Assembly (NCBI RefSeq): GCF_018350175.1
Contig: NC_058377.1
Coordinates: forward strand, 100,378,001-100,442,000
Length of the DNA stretch: 64,000 nucleotides
Source: Felis catus
Lineage: Eukaryota
Reading direction: 5' to 3'
The translations under genes were made by a program, and so were the position numbers. Below the pieces are notes generated by a model. The model did not search any database and had not been told where the DNA came from. It saw only the letters and a program-made list of their open reading frames with translations. Shown piece by piece: positions 26,594 through 39,417 of this stretch (position 1 is its first letter; every line of letters starts with the position of its first letter).

Positions 26594-27168
26594 CTTGAGG
26601 TGGGAGAAAGCAGAGGACTCCAATTGCTAATTCTGTAACAATGTAAATAAAATTGGATTAGTAGAAAAGAGAAAATGTTTTCATCCTGACATGGACAATT
26701 GAATTCTCTCCCAGTAGAACTTTTGGAGACATAGGCAGAATGACCACAGAGCACCGACCCGAATTATTTTGAGCCAATATTACAGAGTGCCCAAACATCT
26801 AGTACAGTGGTATTTATGGGAAGATAAGACCACTCTTCCCTTCTGCTGTCTGCATTGCAGCTTGTAGCCAGATTCTGTTGTATCTATAGCTTTAGCTCCC
26901 TCCTTCGTATATTATTCTGGTGTGTTTCTCTTTTCCATGTTTCTGACCTGTGTTGAAAAATTGGCCCCTAATTTTGACTGACCTATTTGGTTGGCAAATC
27001 GATTCTGACACTATCAGATCTGGATCTTGTCTTTTCTGGCTCAACAGTGAATATCGCAAAGTCACTACAAGAAACTGATGATCGCACAGGAGCATACATA
27101 CCATCTAATTAAGTCTCTATTTGATGCTTGTCTTCTCTTTGTATCATCTTTAAAAATTGGCCCTTTTT

Positions 27169-27563
27169 GAAATTGTGGTTTATATACACAATGGAGTACT
27201 ACGTGGCAATGAGAAAGAACGAAATATGGCCCTTTGTAGCAACGTGGATGGAACTGGAGAGTGTGATGCTAAGTGAAATAAGCCATACAGAGAAAGACAG
27301 ATACCATATGTTTTCACTTTTATGTGGATCCTGAGAAACTTAACAGAAACCCATGGGGGAGGGGAAGGAAAAAAAAAGAGGTTAGAGTGGGAGAGAGACA
27401 AAGCATAAGAGACTGTTAAAAACTGAGAACAAACTGAGGGTTGATGGGGGGTGGGAGGGAGGGGAGGGTGGGTGATGGGTATTGAGGAGGGCACCTTTTG
27501 GGATGAGCACTGGGTGTTGTATGGAAACCAATTTGACAATAAACTTCATATATTGAAAAAAAA
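27169..27563 (+). mobile_element. Young 5'-truncated L1 (felid type) with perfect 17-bp TSD
   Basis: Encodes the ORF2 C-terminus KLWFIYTMEYYVAMRKNEIWPFVATWMELESVMLSEISHTEKDRYHMFSLLCGS* plus a G-rich 3' UTR. TSD aaaaattggcccttttt at 27152-27168 and 27559-27575. Confidence 0.93.
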
Positions 27564-27572
27564 TTGGCCCTT

Positions 27573-27605
<33 letters not shown>

Positions 27606-27639
27606 CCTTTTGGACATATACAACAAGATAGGTCATGAC

Positions 27640-27828
27640 TTTTTAAAAAAGTTTATTTATTTATTTTTGAGAGAGGGGGCAGAGAGAGAGTGAGAGACAG
27701 AGAATCCCAAGCAGGCTCCTCACTGTCAGCCTGGAAACTGACGCAGGGCTTGATCTCATGAACAAGATCATGACCTGAGCTGAAATCAAGAGTTTGACGC
27801 TTAACTGACTGAGCCACCCAGGCACCCC
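27640..27828 (-). mobile_element. CanSINE (older subfamily)
   Basis: gaatcccaagcaggctcc...gagccacccaggcacccc. Confidence 0.9.
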
Positions 27829-28784
27829 AAACAGGACAATTCTGCTTACAACAAATATATTCATTGTATTAATCCATAATTACTCTCTATGTACTTTAAT
27901 ATCTTTTTTCTTTGTTCATCATGCTTCTCATTATTTGCTCATATTCTAAGTTTCATATATATTTGTGATATAAATCCATGGACATTTCCCTAATCATCGG
28001 TTGGTGAATTGGTGACAGTTTTATACAATTGTGAGAGTTACATCATGAAAGCCAACACCTCGTGGATAAGATCATACATATGAAAAAAACAACTGACAGA
28101 GACAACAGAGCTACTGTTCTAATATTCCATCCACCAAGAGAAGATGTCCACAGAAGTAAGATTCCAACCTGGAAATACAGAACAAAATATGTCAAGGAGG
28201 CAATACTTCTCATTATGCAACAGGTGTAGACCTAGTGCAAAGAAGTGTTTCACGGACTAGTGGATAAGATTTCTTGGCTGCTTGGCATGGCATGTGCACT
28301 TCTGGATTGGGAGAAACGTTTCAGGCTATGGCTTCTTGAATTCCACCTTTATCAAGCAAACTTCGCATAATTTGGCTTCCTTGAGAGATTTTCTTCCCTG
28401 GTGGGAAAGATATGGACTAGTGACTGCGATAAGCACTTCGGTGTTTTGGTTTATGTTTTTCATGTATCTCATCAGATTTCCATTCTAGTTTCAGGTACTG
28501 TTAACTAATGAGTATGGACAACAGGAGCCAGTCCCTGTGGGAGTGGCCAATGAGTCTGTCTCTGAGAGTAAATATAATAGAGAGTAGTTTCCTATAGATC
28601 TGATGATTGGCATGTAAAGTGTGGCAGATAAACTCATCTAAAGCCAATCTGAGAGGCTTTGCATGAGCATGCTTCCCTGGGGATAAAGGCGGACCTTCAA
28701 ACTCTGATAATAAAAGTTTGGAAGCTTTATTTATATATTTATATATTTATTTATATATGAATTCATGTATTCATTAATTTATTT

Positions 28785-28968
28785 ATTCAAGTTTAGTTAT
28801 TTATTTTGAGAGAAGGAGAGTGGCAAGAGAAAGAGAAAGAAAGAACCCCAAAGCAGGCTCTGCACCATCGACAGAGAGCCCAGTGCGGGGCTCGAACTCA
28901 CAAATCGTGAGATCTTGACCTGAACTGAAATCAAGAGTCCACACTTAACTGAGACACCCAGGCACCCC
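28785..28968 (-). mobile_element. CanSINE (older subfamily)
   Basis: gcggggctcgaactcacaaatcgtgagatc...cacccaggcacccc. Confidence 0.88.
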
Positions 28969-29056
28969 TGGAGGATTTATTGAAAGCTCATCTCCTGTAC
29001 TGGAAAATCTCTCACAGTACAAATCCTGTAGAGGATAAGGCAGGAATTTCTTGGTT

Positions 29057-29059
<3 letters not shown>

Positions 29060-29093
<34 letters not shown>
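29060..29093. repeat. Poly(A) tract of about 34 nt
   Basis: Direct reading. Confidence 0.95.
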
Positions 29094-29098
<5 letters not shown>

Positions 29099-29702
29099 CA
29101 ACAAGCTACTTTCCTTGCCTGCTTTGCCACAAATTTAGCTCTGCTATGAATTGCTACAGTTTAGTATTGCTATAGAAACAGAAGGGAAGAGAGGAGAGGA
29201 GAAAAGAGTAATAATGGAGTTGAGATTATGAAGGAGAGAAAGCTTTTCACTTTGAGTTTTAGGAACCTCCTCTGGGAAAGTGTGGAGCCACTGATGATCA
29301 GGAAGTTTCTTTTTTTCTTTCTTTTCTGCCAATTCTGATTAGCTGAGCTTTCTCTGAAAATGCATGTCTTTAGGACACTAAAGCTCAGCAGAAAAGATTC
29401 ATTTCATAAGTTATATTAAAACTAAAATAAAATCAAGGGGCTTTAAATACCATCTCTATGCTGATGACTCACACATTTATATTTCCACCCCCGACCTCCG
29501 TCTTGAATGCCAGACTTGTATACTTGACTACTTGATACTTTCCTTTATATATCTAATAGGTATCTTCATATTTAATGACTGGTTTGTCTCCCTTTTGAAA
29601 ATAATTTAATAGGGAAAATTCTTTCAACATATTTTAAGCCTCTCTGTGTATAAATTAACATCTTAATATTAGATTTTTAAAATGCATAAATAGGCACTAT
29701 TG

Positions 29703-29919
29703 CAGGCATCTGGGTGGCTCAGTCAGTTGAGTGTCTAACTTCAGCTCAGGTCATGGTCTCGCAGTTCTTGACTTCGAGCCCCGCATTGGGCTCTGTGCTG
29801 ACAGTGCAGACAGAACCTGGAGCCTGCTTCAGATTCTGTGTCTCCCTCTCTCTCTGCTCTGCCCCTGCTCACCCTCTGTCTCTCTCTCTCAAAAATAAAT
29901 AAAGGTTAAAACAATTTTT
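29703..29919 (+). mobile_element. CanSINE with 16-bp TSD
   Basis: TSD taaataggcactattg at 29687-29702 and 29920-29935. Confidence 0.93.
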
Positions 29920-30344
29920 TAAATAGGCACTATTGGAAAGTACAGTTGCATAAACTTGACTGAGAGTCCTCAGCTGTAACAATCTGAAATCTGATTTTTA
30001 AAAAACTCTAGTAGAGATGATTACCCTGAAGTATTTTGTTCAGTTACATTTTTTTGATATATGCCAAATGTTCTATTTGATCCTTTCTAGGCATCTAAGA
30101 CGATTTGCGAGAATAATTTGACTTAAATAATTTATTTTCAGGGTAGGTTTGCCAATCAGGTTTAAAAGACAGAGAATTCAGGCCACTCAATCTGTATATG
30201 ACTTTACCTGGAAGAGGGTCTTTTTGGTCGTAATTAAGCAGTCATGATGAAAACTGCCTCCTGAAACACAAGATTCTTGAAATACCTAAGCTTGGGCTGC
30301 TTCAAATTTAAATAAAAAAGCATGGTTCTATGATAGTGATAACA

Positions 30345-30355
30345 TTTAAAAATAT

Positions 30356-30390
<35 letters not shown>

Positions 30391-30391
30391 T

Positions 30392-30432
<41 letters not shown>

Positions 30433-30588
30433 CAAGGAGGGGGAAGGGCAGAGAGCGTGAGAATCCCAAGCAGGCTCCACACTGTCGGCTCCTCGTGGGG
30501 CTTGATCCCACCACCCAAACTATGATATCATGCTGTGAACCAAAATTCAGAGTCAGAAGCTTAACTGACTGAGCTACCCAGGCACCCT
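30345..30588 (-). mobile_element. CanSINE with (ATTT)n and (GA)n tracts
   Basis: gaatcccaagcaggctccacactgtc...gagctacccaggcaccc. Confidence 0.88.
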
Positions 30589-31879
30589 CATGGTGAAAAA
30601 TGTTAAATGTTTTCACTTAGTTTATGATTAAGGCGTAATTTGTGCTGCGGTGTGTGTATTCAGCAGTCAGCAAAGGTTATGAGTTCCAGAATGATTGTAC
30701 TGAGAAGTCTTGGGTCCCGTTGAGTGAAACTGGACGGATGCAGTTTAGTGCAAACTGTGACCCGACATGGCATCTGCTCAGCCACCTCAGTTACATGTTG
30801 TTTTGAGGTGTCGTGACAGTGACGTTTCTTTGGTGTCGTGTATCGAATCTAGTGAAGTGCCATCATGAGACAGTCGTGTTGGGCAGCCTTCCTGTGGCAC
30901 AGGTGTTCCCAGGGACATCAGTTTGGAGCTCAGAGGCAGTATATGGCTGAACTTTCTCATTTCCAAGAGCAGCAGACAAGAGTACCCTCTCGTCGCTCCG
31001 TGTGTGCACAGTATGAAGCCACATCTGCCTGTGACTGCAACATGCCTTCCGTCGGTGCACTTCTATTCGACTTTAAAGTGTTCGTTCTTTAGACTTCAGT
31101 TGTCTAGTTTTGAAGAATGTTTTTTAATTCCCATAATTCCTGGGGCCTCAAATTCTGATCCAGCCCTGGAGTCAATTTATAGCTCAGAGACACAACGTAA
31201 CAATTTTGGTAAAGACAGATTCTGCTTGGAGAACTCAAAGGTGCCAAACATAACTCCAAAATGTGGCACAATCTTCAGTAGGTTGACTGTCAATCCATTC
31301 CAGAGCCCTAGTTCCCCTGGGGCTTTCCCTGTCCACTGCTCCTGAGAAATGGACATCTACTCCTCTAAAATGGGGGAGGTAGGAGCTCTGAGCCTTCATC
31401 TCTTTCTTCACCGTGTAGAAGGGAGAGGATCTGGGCCACCGCAGTAGCCAGGCAGACACTGGCAAAGTTGCGGGGGAGAGAGAATCAATCTCGGGGCCCA
31501 GTCTAGATTTTCTCTAGGTTCACAAAAACTAGAAGGGTGACAGTAGAGAAACAGTAAGGGAAACCCCCCAATAAAGTGTCAGGAACACTTCCTCTTCAGA
31601 AACAGTAGAAAAATACAGAGGATCCCCCTATGAGATGGTTTCAGCACATTCTGCACAACAGCCTGGTTTTGATGAGGTCTGTATTTTTTACAATGGTGAA
31701 AACCATGTCTGCCAGACTTCCAGCCATGATGGAGCTCCACTGGGATTATGGCCCAGGTCATCCATGAACAGCACTACAAATTTCAGCAGGTACAGTTCTG
31801 CAGGGGAAGAAGTGCAGGCATGCCATCGTGTTTTCCTTCCATGTGCTGGAATCCCCGGGGTTGTGGGAAGACCCCTTGA

Positions 31880-32515
31880 CTTTTCCTTAGGGCAGAGACA
31901 GGTGTGGAGCATTTGGTAAATGAAGTGAGACGTGTCCCTTAGGACAGACTGGAGGGGGAGAAGGGCTCTGAGGACAGAATCTGCCCACTGACAGTCTTGT
32001 TCATGAATCCTTGGCACCATGGTTTGCTGTGATTGGGATTAATTGTGCTTATCCTTTGAGGTGGGAAGGGCAGAGTCTTTGTCCCTCCAAAGGCTCAGCA
32101 TTTGTGAACGTCTATGAAATCTCTATAAATATCTGATGGAGGAGGAAGAAATGTTAACTCATGTGCTCTTCCAGGGTTTTTTGGGGGGGTTACAGAGCTG
32201 CTTTTAGAGATGTTCCTATCATAGAATAGTGGGGATGTTTCCTTTTTATTCTCGTAAGTTTTAAGAATAGAAGTGAGAAATTTTATGCTGATATCACAGC
32301 CCTAACTCAGGCCTTCTAGGAAAGACTGGCTATCCGTGGAGTATCTCCTCTCCCCACAGACCCTGCACTGGAAAGCTGAGTAAATTTATTGGATGTACGT
32401 TTCCATGTTGCACACTTACTGCACATGATTCATCTTCAAAGTAAATCCGAATTGCGAGAGCAAATCGAGGAGCTCTCTATTGGATCTCATCTCCTTTACG
32501 AGCAATAAGGTAAGT
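31880..32515 (+). promoter_or_regulatory. Candidate promoter and first non-coding exon of the OR at 39418
   Basis: TAATTG at 32040, O/E-like TCCTTTGAGG at 32052, TATAAAT at 32124, donor AAG|GTAAGT at 32510. Confidence 0.55.
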
Positions 32516-32837
32516 TTTCAAACCCAAGTAAACTATGTTCTTTTCCTTGCCTTCCATGCAGGACTGGGTTTTAGGGCAGTTGCCATGATTTAATTCTGTC
32601 TCCTGAGAAGCTTGAAGCTCCAGGAACATATTTATCTCTGTGATGAGAGGATCTGAATGTGTCAGGGCTCCCAGCTTTCACTGGCCTCTGCTTGAGGCAG
32701 CACTGTCTCCGGAAAAATTCTTATCGAAAGGGTGGGGGGTATATTTGAGGGGGCAGAGGTATAGTGTCCTCTACATATGGGTTTCTTTTTCTTTTAATGG
32801 ATTAAATAAGCAGCTGATCCTCAATTTTCTTTTACTC

Positions 32838-33042
32838 AGTTTAAATGGTTATTTATTTCACAAGAGAAAGAGAGAGGAGAGATAGAGAAAGAGAATGAGT
32901 GAGGGAGGGAGAGAGAGAGAGAATCCCAGGCAGGCTGTCAGCCCAGAACCCAATGTGGGCCTTGTCCCATGAACCGTGAGATCATGGCCTGAGCTGAAAT
33001 GAAGGGTCTGACACATAACTGACTGAGTCACCCAGGGGCCCC
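32838..33042 (-). mobile_element. CanSINE shared with duplicate B (about 48580-48791)
   Basis: Same position and orientation in both duplicates. Confidence 0.88.
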
Positions 33043-33060
33043 TATACAGGTGAATTTCTT

Positions 33061-33284
33061 TTTTTGTTGTTTAAATTTTTAAAAATGTTTTATCTATTTT
33101 TGAGAGAGTGTGACAGAGTGTGAGCAGGGGAAGGGCAGAGAGAGAGGGAGACACAGAATCTGAAGCAGGCTCCAGGCTCTGAGCTGTCAGCACAGAGCCC
33201 AACGCGGGGCTCGAACTCACAAACTGCGAGATCACGACCTGAGCCAAAGTCCATGCTTAACCAACTGAGCCACCCAGGAGCCCC
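33061..33284 (-). mobile_element. CanSINE specific to duplicate A
   Basis: TSD caggtg(a/g)atttctt. Absent at the homologous site near 48800. Confidence 0.92.
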
Positions 33285-34053
33285 CAGGTGGATTTCTTAT
33301 TTACAAGGTTTAAGATCAGGAAAAGGACCAGGTTGTACACTGACCATATGCAGTCTGTATGCATTGTTACAGTCGATACCACGATTCTATGATGCACTGA
33401 AAGTTCTGCCAGTCGTGATACTAAAGTGGTCTGTCCAGACCCACTGTCACCCCTGCTCACAGCTAAGAATTATATTCTCTTTCTGCTGTTGGGGTAAGGG
33501 GTATATATGGAGTGGAGGAATGAGAAGCAAACTCTCTCGTGAAATCCGAGACAAGTACTCTTTATCTCTAACAAGATTCTTTGCTCAACCTTACACTGTG
33601 GGCTTAAATGATAAATGTGAACATAAGTAAATATAAATAAACAGAAACATAAATATAAATATAAATTCTGCTCTCTTTTTTAATCCCTCTACAATTTGCA
33701 TCCATTTGAGAGTCAGGGTACATACTGGGGATGGCAGTGCTTTTCTTCTCTACTGGTTCATGGTTTCTGGCTTTATGCCGGCTCCACCCAAATGAATGGA
33801 GTCTGATGCTTTGCAGGGCAGTGGTGGGTGAGGTGTGGAGTGTTTGAGAGGGAGAGATGACCATGGAGCACAAAGGTTTGAGTTCTGGTACTGGTTGCTT
33901 TTTGACGGCTCTCTGCTAAGCTGCTTCCCAGCCTAGTCGGACGTGCACAAAATAGAACAATGTGAATTTGCCTAATGAGATATAAATTCCAATGAACAAA
34001 GATTTTAAAGAGAGAAGGAAAGAGGGGTATAATCAAGGGTTGCATGATTCAAA

Positions 34054-34054
<1 letters not shown>

Positions 34055-34084
<30 letters not shown>

Positions 34085-34108
34085 GACACACACACACACA
34101 CACACACA
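34055..34108. repeat. (CA)n microsatellite; paralogue at about 49580-49633, another at about 42580-42634
   Basis: Direct reading. Confidence 0.95.
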
Positions 34109-34837
34109 TTTTAACAGTTGAAGGCCATTAGCAAGAAAGTCATTTGGGAAAACCTGGAAGGCTGTGCCGAGGAGATGGACAGGGTACTCTGGATCCAGGA
34201 AGAAATGGAAGGTGGAAGTTGTATCAGAGGAAGTCACATAACCACTAAGAAGTACTTAAAATTTAGGAAATGAGACGGTCGGGACATATTCATGAGGGAC
34301 AGCAAGTGTCAGGCATGGCTGGAACACACACGAGCAGAAGCCCTGGGAGGAAAGATGGTAAGCAAGACTATGGCACAGCATTTGAGGACTTTGAAAGTCA
34401 TGGTGAGTATTTCAGCCTTTGCACTTGAAAACCACAGTAACCCTTTAATCTTAAGATTCATCATAGTTTTAGAATGTCCACTTTTCCTTTTGAAGTTGTA
34501 GCTATGAGGTAAAAGAAGGGAGAAGATAGAGAACAAGGAGAAGAGGGAACTTCTGAAATTGTGTCCTTTCTTTCTGTATAGAAACAGAGGGTCTACTTAA
34601 AGAACTGTAGGATTGACCATTTGTAATACTTCTGTTTATGAGTAACCAGCCCAATTTTGTACTATGTTTGAGCTAATAATGCTCACAGTGAAAACTCACA
34701 TAGTTATCTCCCGCGATGTGTTATTTTCTTCAACAAAATGGTGTGAGACATTTTATTTAGATTTGAATGAGTATTAGACACTGTGTGAAAGGAATATTTA
34801 TGTCCCATGTTTTGAGAATCTAAACTGATCCTGTTTT

Positions 34838-35130
34838 TAGCTCAGTGAAAATACTCTGCATGATATTACGATGATGGATGTCTGTTACTAATATGTACCG
34901 AAACCATAGAATGTACCACACCCAAGAGTGAGCCTTGGGGTAAACTCTGGACTCTGGGTGATGAGGATGTGTCACGGTAGGCTCATCAGTTCTGGGAAAT
35001 GTGCCATTCTGGCGGGCAATGTTGGTAATGGCAGGGGTGATATTTGGCTGGGGGCTAGGGATCTTATGGGGAATCTCTGTACCTGTGTCTTGGGGTTGCT
35101 GTGAATGTAGCACTGTTGTAAAAAAAAAAC
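34838..35130 (+). mobile_element. Old L1 (L1MC-like) 3' fragment; paralogous copy at about 50370-50655
   Basis: gtgaaaatactctgcatgatatt...gtaaactctggactctgggtgatg...gggaatctctgtac, followed by an A tail. Confidence 0.65.
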
Positions 35131-36037
35131 AACCTCTTGACAACAAGTACAAAATAAAAAGCAGCAACAACCAAGTGATCTTATCAAAGCTGAGAGGAGG
35201 CATGTGATTTTGCTGCCTCCTCCCCGCCCCCCACAGAGACAGCTGAGAGGGAGCCCATCTGCTCCTCTTCTGAGAGGGGAAGGGACAGGTCTGGAGTCAC
35301 CACTGAATCATACTCGGGATGCCTGCTGGGTCAATCTTCATTCTGTTGGGGCCACAGTGAATTCACCTGTATGCTCTCCATTGAGTTTCTAAGTGCAGGG
35401 ATGTACAAAAACTGATGTCTTCAGTGCAACCCTGACATCTTGAAGGGAGAAGGCACCTCATTCCAGATAAGCCCAAATCCAATTGGACTAAATTTAGAAA
35501 ACCAGATGATTAAATTTTGATAAACAGCTGAATGATTCTGTTCTTCTGTGCTGAATAAATCTTAATAAAATCAGCTCTCATATCTTGTATATCTCCAAAT
35601 CTTATACTTGACTGTAAAAATATGTTCAGATTTCATAACGTGGCTTCCATGGCCTTTGGCAGAGACGAAACCTTGCTTTTCCAAGTTTTTCTACTATGAC
35701 GCTAGAATCAGTCTAAACCACCAGCAGTTTCATATTGACCTTGTCTATTTGTCCCATTATCCCCATTAAAACTTTGGTTCGTTTCTTTCATGTCAAATGC
35801 TCTCACCCCTCTGATTTTTGTATCTTTGGACCACAAACTCTTTACAACCAAGGGTATGTTTTATTTCTACTCTCATGTCATCATGGGTCACATTTAGGGA
35901 AGCTGTTTGCACTTTGTATTTGTTTTTTAGTATTTATTAAGGATATTTGGAGGTGCCATTCCCAGCTTCTGATCACCATGAGCAAATTAGCAGAAACCAC
36001 AGTGCCGAGGTGATTTCAGTCATTTGAGGAAGGAAAT

Positions 36038-36882
36038 TGTCATAGGCTCTGGCTGTAAAATTCTCTTTTGTCTGGCAAGAGAGTGGGACACAGGATGAAA
36101 AATGAGAGATGGCTAATGTCTGGGAAAGACAAGAGCCCTGAATAAGTGTCCTTGCCCTGTTTTTATTAGGATCAGAAGGTGATGGATGTGCACAAAGAGA
36201 GAATGAATTTGTCAACATTAACTTGCGGTTGTGAGGGAAAGGGGGTCCTGAAGGTATTTGGGGTTAGGCATTTGGGTTAATACAAAACAAAAGCTGGGTG
36301 CAGGGCAATCGAGAGGAAGGTTGTTTACAGTGGATATGAGGCAGAACCTCTGTTTACCTTAGCTAGCCTAGGGGATGAGGCAGGTAGGGGAAATAACCTC
36401 AGAGTTAACAAGGCACCTTTTCTTTTGTTAACCCTCTCTGTTCTGGGCTGCTTTGCCTGCAGCGCAGCAGTCCACAGTCCAATTCACCAATTTACCTAAC
36501 TGGGCCCTATCCTCCTGCGAAAGCAGCTTTTCTGATGTAGTACTAAATTGGGAATGCTTTCAACCTGAACATCTAATCTTGTTTATTTCATATACCTATG
36601 TGTTGGGCACCTTTGCGCCTGTTCCTATTTTAGGCCTTTGCCAATCCCTCTCTATTCTGGGGGTTCTTCACTGGTGTCTATTTTGGGGTGCCTTTACACC
36701 TCCCTATTCCTTCTTGGCACCTTTTTGCCTCCTTATACTCGGGGTGCCTTTGCAACTCCCTATTCTTGGGGTGTCAATCTGGCTAACTCAAACTCGGGTG
36801 TGACTGTTCTATGACTGTAATTCTCTATGCCTTGTTAACCCATTGGTGTAAGCCCAGAGGATTCCTAAGCTTATCCCCCACA
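36038..36882 (-). mobile_element. ERV solo LTR (845 bp), probably class II/beta-like
   Basis: TG...CA termini, flanked by GGAAAT/GGTAAT. AATAAA on - near 36161-36166. Empty site in copy B at about 51790-51800. Confidence 0.85.
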
Positions 36883-39417
36883 GGTAATTAGTGTGAAAAC
36901 AGTTGTGCAACTGTATTAGGGGTAAATGAACAGGTAGATTAATATCTTGATAATATTAATAATTGTAATACAACATTGATGCTAATAATCTTAATGAAAG
37001 GACCATTCCAAAAGCATGTACTGCCTATCTGCATCTCTTATGCATTGTACATACTTAATTATTTAGCTTTCATAGAAACTCTAAAAAGTAGATTATTTTA
37101 CTCTTCACATTTACAGGTGAAGAAAATGAAGCCCAGAGATATAGCGGGACTTGTGCTATATGGCACCATACTGTGCAGGAGTTGGGATATGAATCCAGGT
37201 GGTTCAGCTTCAGCTTTGATGCTCTGTCACTGTGCTAACCTACCTCTCTGCTCTGCTTTAGGATGTTTGCATCTCAGGGAACCTGGTTCAGAATCTGACT
37301 TTCTTCAGTTAAAGCTGTAGTTCATCCCTTAACATAATCTGGAGTTTTTCACTGATCCATCTGTCTCTTAGGAATTTTTACACTTCTGTCTGCAGATGGT
37401 TTCTATTCTTCTAATACCAACCACATAGTCCCTTACATAATGAATGATTTCATCTACATGTATCTTAAAACTTAAAAATCATTAAGAAGAAGTGAGTATT
37501 TTATGTTATGTTAAAGTAGCTTTCCCCAGCTAGTAAAAAGTGGAGCTGGGATTTGAACCCAAGACATCTGACTGGAGCCACTGTGTTCTTGACCAAGAAA
37601 TGTAGTTATTTTCTTGATGAATAGCCATCCTAGATAAAATATCAACATTACAAAATATGAACTGAACAAACATAAAATAATTCTTGTAAGAGCAATACTT
37701 TCATTAAAAAATGTAGTAAACATGTAAAAAAATGTAGTAAAAATGTAACATGTGGCTGGTGATAAAAATGTGTATGTATATAACAAAATGCAATTTTTTT
37801 ACTAACCAAATGAGAGAATAAGATCATGTCATAAAATAACCTTTTTTGTTTGTTTGCATCTTCTGTAAAATCATGAACCTTGAAATATTGACCATATGTA
37901 TATAGTAAAAAGATGTGGAGATAAACACAAATATAAATATACTTAGAGAATGTTTCTTAAAAGACATATAAAAAAACCGATAGTTATTTCCGAAGAGTAG
38001 GATTATAGATACAATAATTTGAAGACAGCTTTTAAATTTTCTTTCATTCTTCTGTGTACTTGGAATAATTAATGACAGTCATAAATTATTTCATAATAAA
38101 ATATAGTTAATAAATGTACACAAAATATTGAAAAACGTTTTTAATAATTGTCAACAGCAACGATAATCCCTAGCATTTGGGACAGCGGCGTCATACTTGG
38201 GAAATTAAGTTGTTATCTGTGTGAGTCAAAATTAGAAGCGACATAAATATCTCAAAAGACAAATGATCAAAGAGATGCCACTTAAAAAGCTTTATACAAT
38301 GTCACATAATTAAATTAACAGTTAAACTAATGATAAGTATAGTAACATGGGAAGAAGGGTTATAGTAATCCGAAGTCAAAAATCAGGACACAAAATGATA
38401 TTATATGATGATTTCAGTGACAAACTCAACATGTTATGAACAAATACTTGAAATAGAATAATTATAACATAGTATGTTGGAATTATGGGATACTTTTCAA
38501 ATGAAATTTTTAGAAGCATGCTGGTGACTTCAGGGTAAAATGAACATCTCTGAGTAACTTCTCTGATGCCTATTTATATTATAGGCATCATTAGGAATTT
38601 TATAGCATGTTGAATTCATAGGCAAAGATGCTCAATATTCTGAGTTTAGTCCCATAGTACAGTCAAGAGGGTAAACAGTTTCCTCAATTATTCCAACCAC
38701 AAAGTTGTCCTGACATTTGTTTTATAATGATATCAGAGAAGCTGACATTGAACATGAGAGGTGTAAGTAAAAGATTGTCAAAACAGACTTTTGTAAAGCA
38801 TATTACATCCAAGATACAGATGGGATCAGAGATGAAGGGGTCAGGAACCTAAATGAGTGAACTGAACAGAGAATATTTTCTTCCAGAGGGATTCTCCAAC
38901 AATATGAGTGCTTAATCATAGTGGAATAGAATTTTTTTTATTTCAAAGCACATAGATAACACCTATATGTGTATCTGTGTGCATATACAATCTTTTAATT
39001 CTTAAGGAAACTCAGGATCAGGTAAGGCAAATATTTGCACTCCCTTTTTCACATGAAAGCTAAATTATGAGACAGTTAAGCCACTTGCCCAAGGACAGTT
39101 CAAGTTCTGCAGTTTTCAATCTTGGTGGGAATCAGAATTTTTAAAGGACATTTCATTTTACCTCCCCAAATGCAAAGGCTTTGATCCGAAGTAGTTAGTT
39201 TCTGAATCAACAGATAGATCTGGGAGAGGCTTGGGATCTGCGGATTTACCAAGAGTCAAAGAGGATTGAAGGCAGTCAGAAGTAACATAACATGGAGCAA
39301 AAGCAAGGCATTCAGAGTTCAGCCCACCGATCTTCCCAAGCTGTCACTTCTTTTCTTCTCTTTGCAGATTCAGCCCTTGTCCTCAACTGCACCTTACTTT
39401 CAGCCAGTAGTATTACG

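Noticed and set aside
29060-29093. Poly(A) as the tail of a processed pseudogene
   Set aside because: No upstream ORF, poly(A) signal or convincing TSD is visible.
33253-33630. Paired similar ORFs in the two duplicates (33253/48799, 35001/50529, 35204/50729, 40855/55986)
   Set aside because: Starts and lengths differ between copies, several begin in repeats or at non-ATG codons, and none has a recognisable domain. Similarity reflects the DNA duplication.
39292-39417. 42-aa N-terminal extensions of the ORs at 39292 and 54502
   Set aside because: They span a strong polypyrimidine/CAG acceptor at the same 42-50 nt offset seen in all six ORs. Shared openness is explained by near-identical duplicate DNA.
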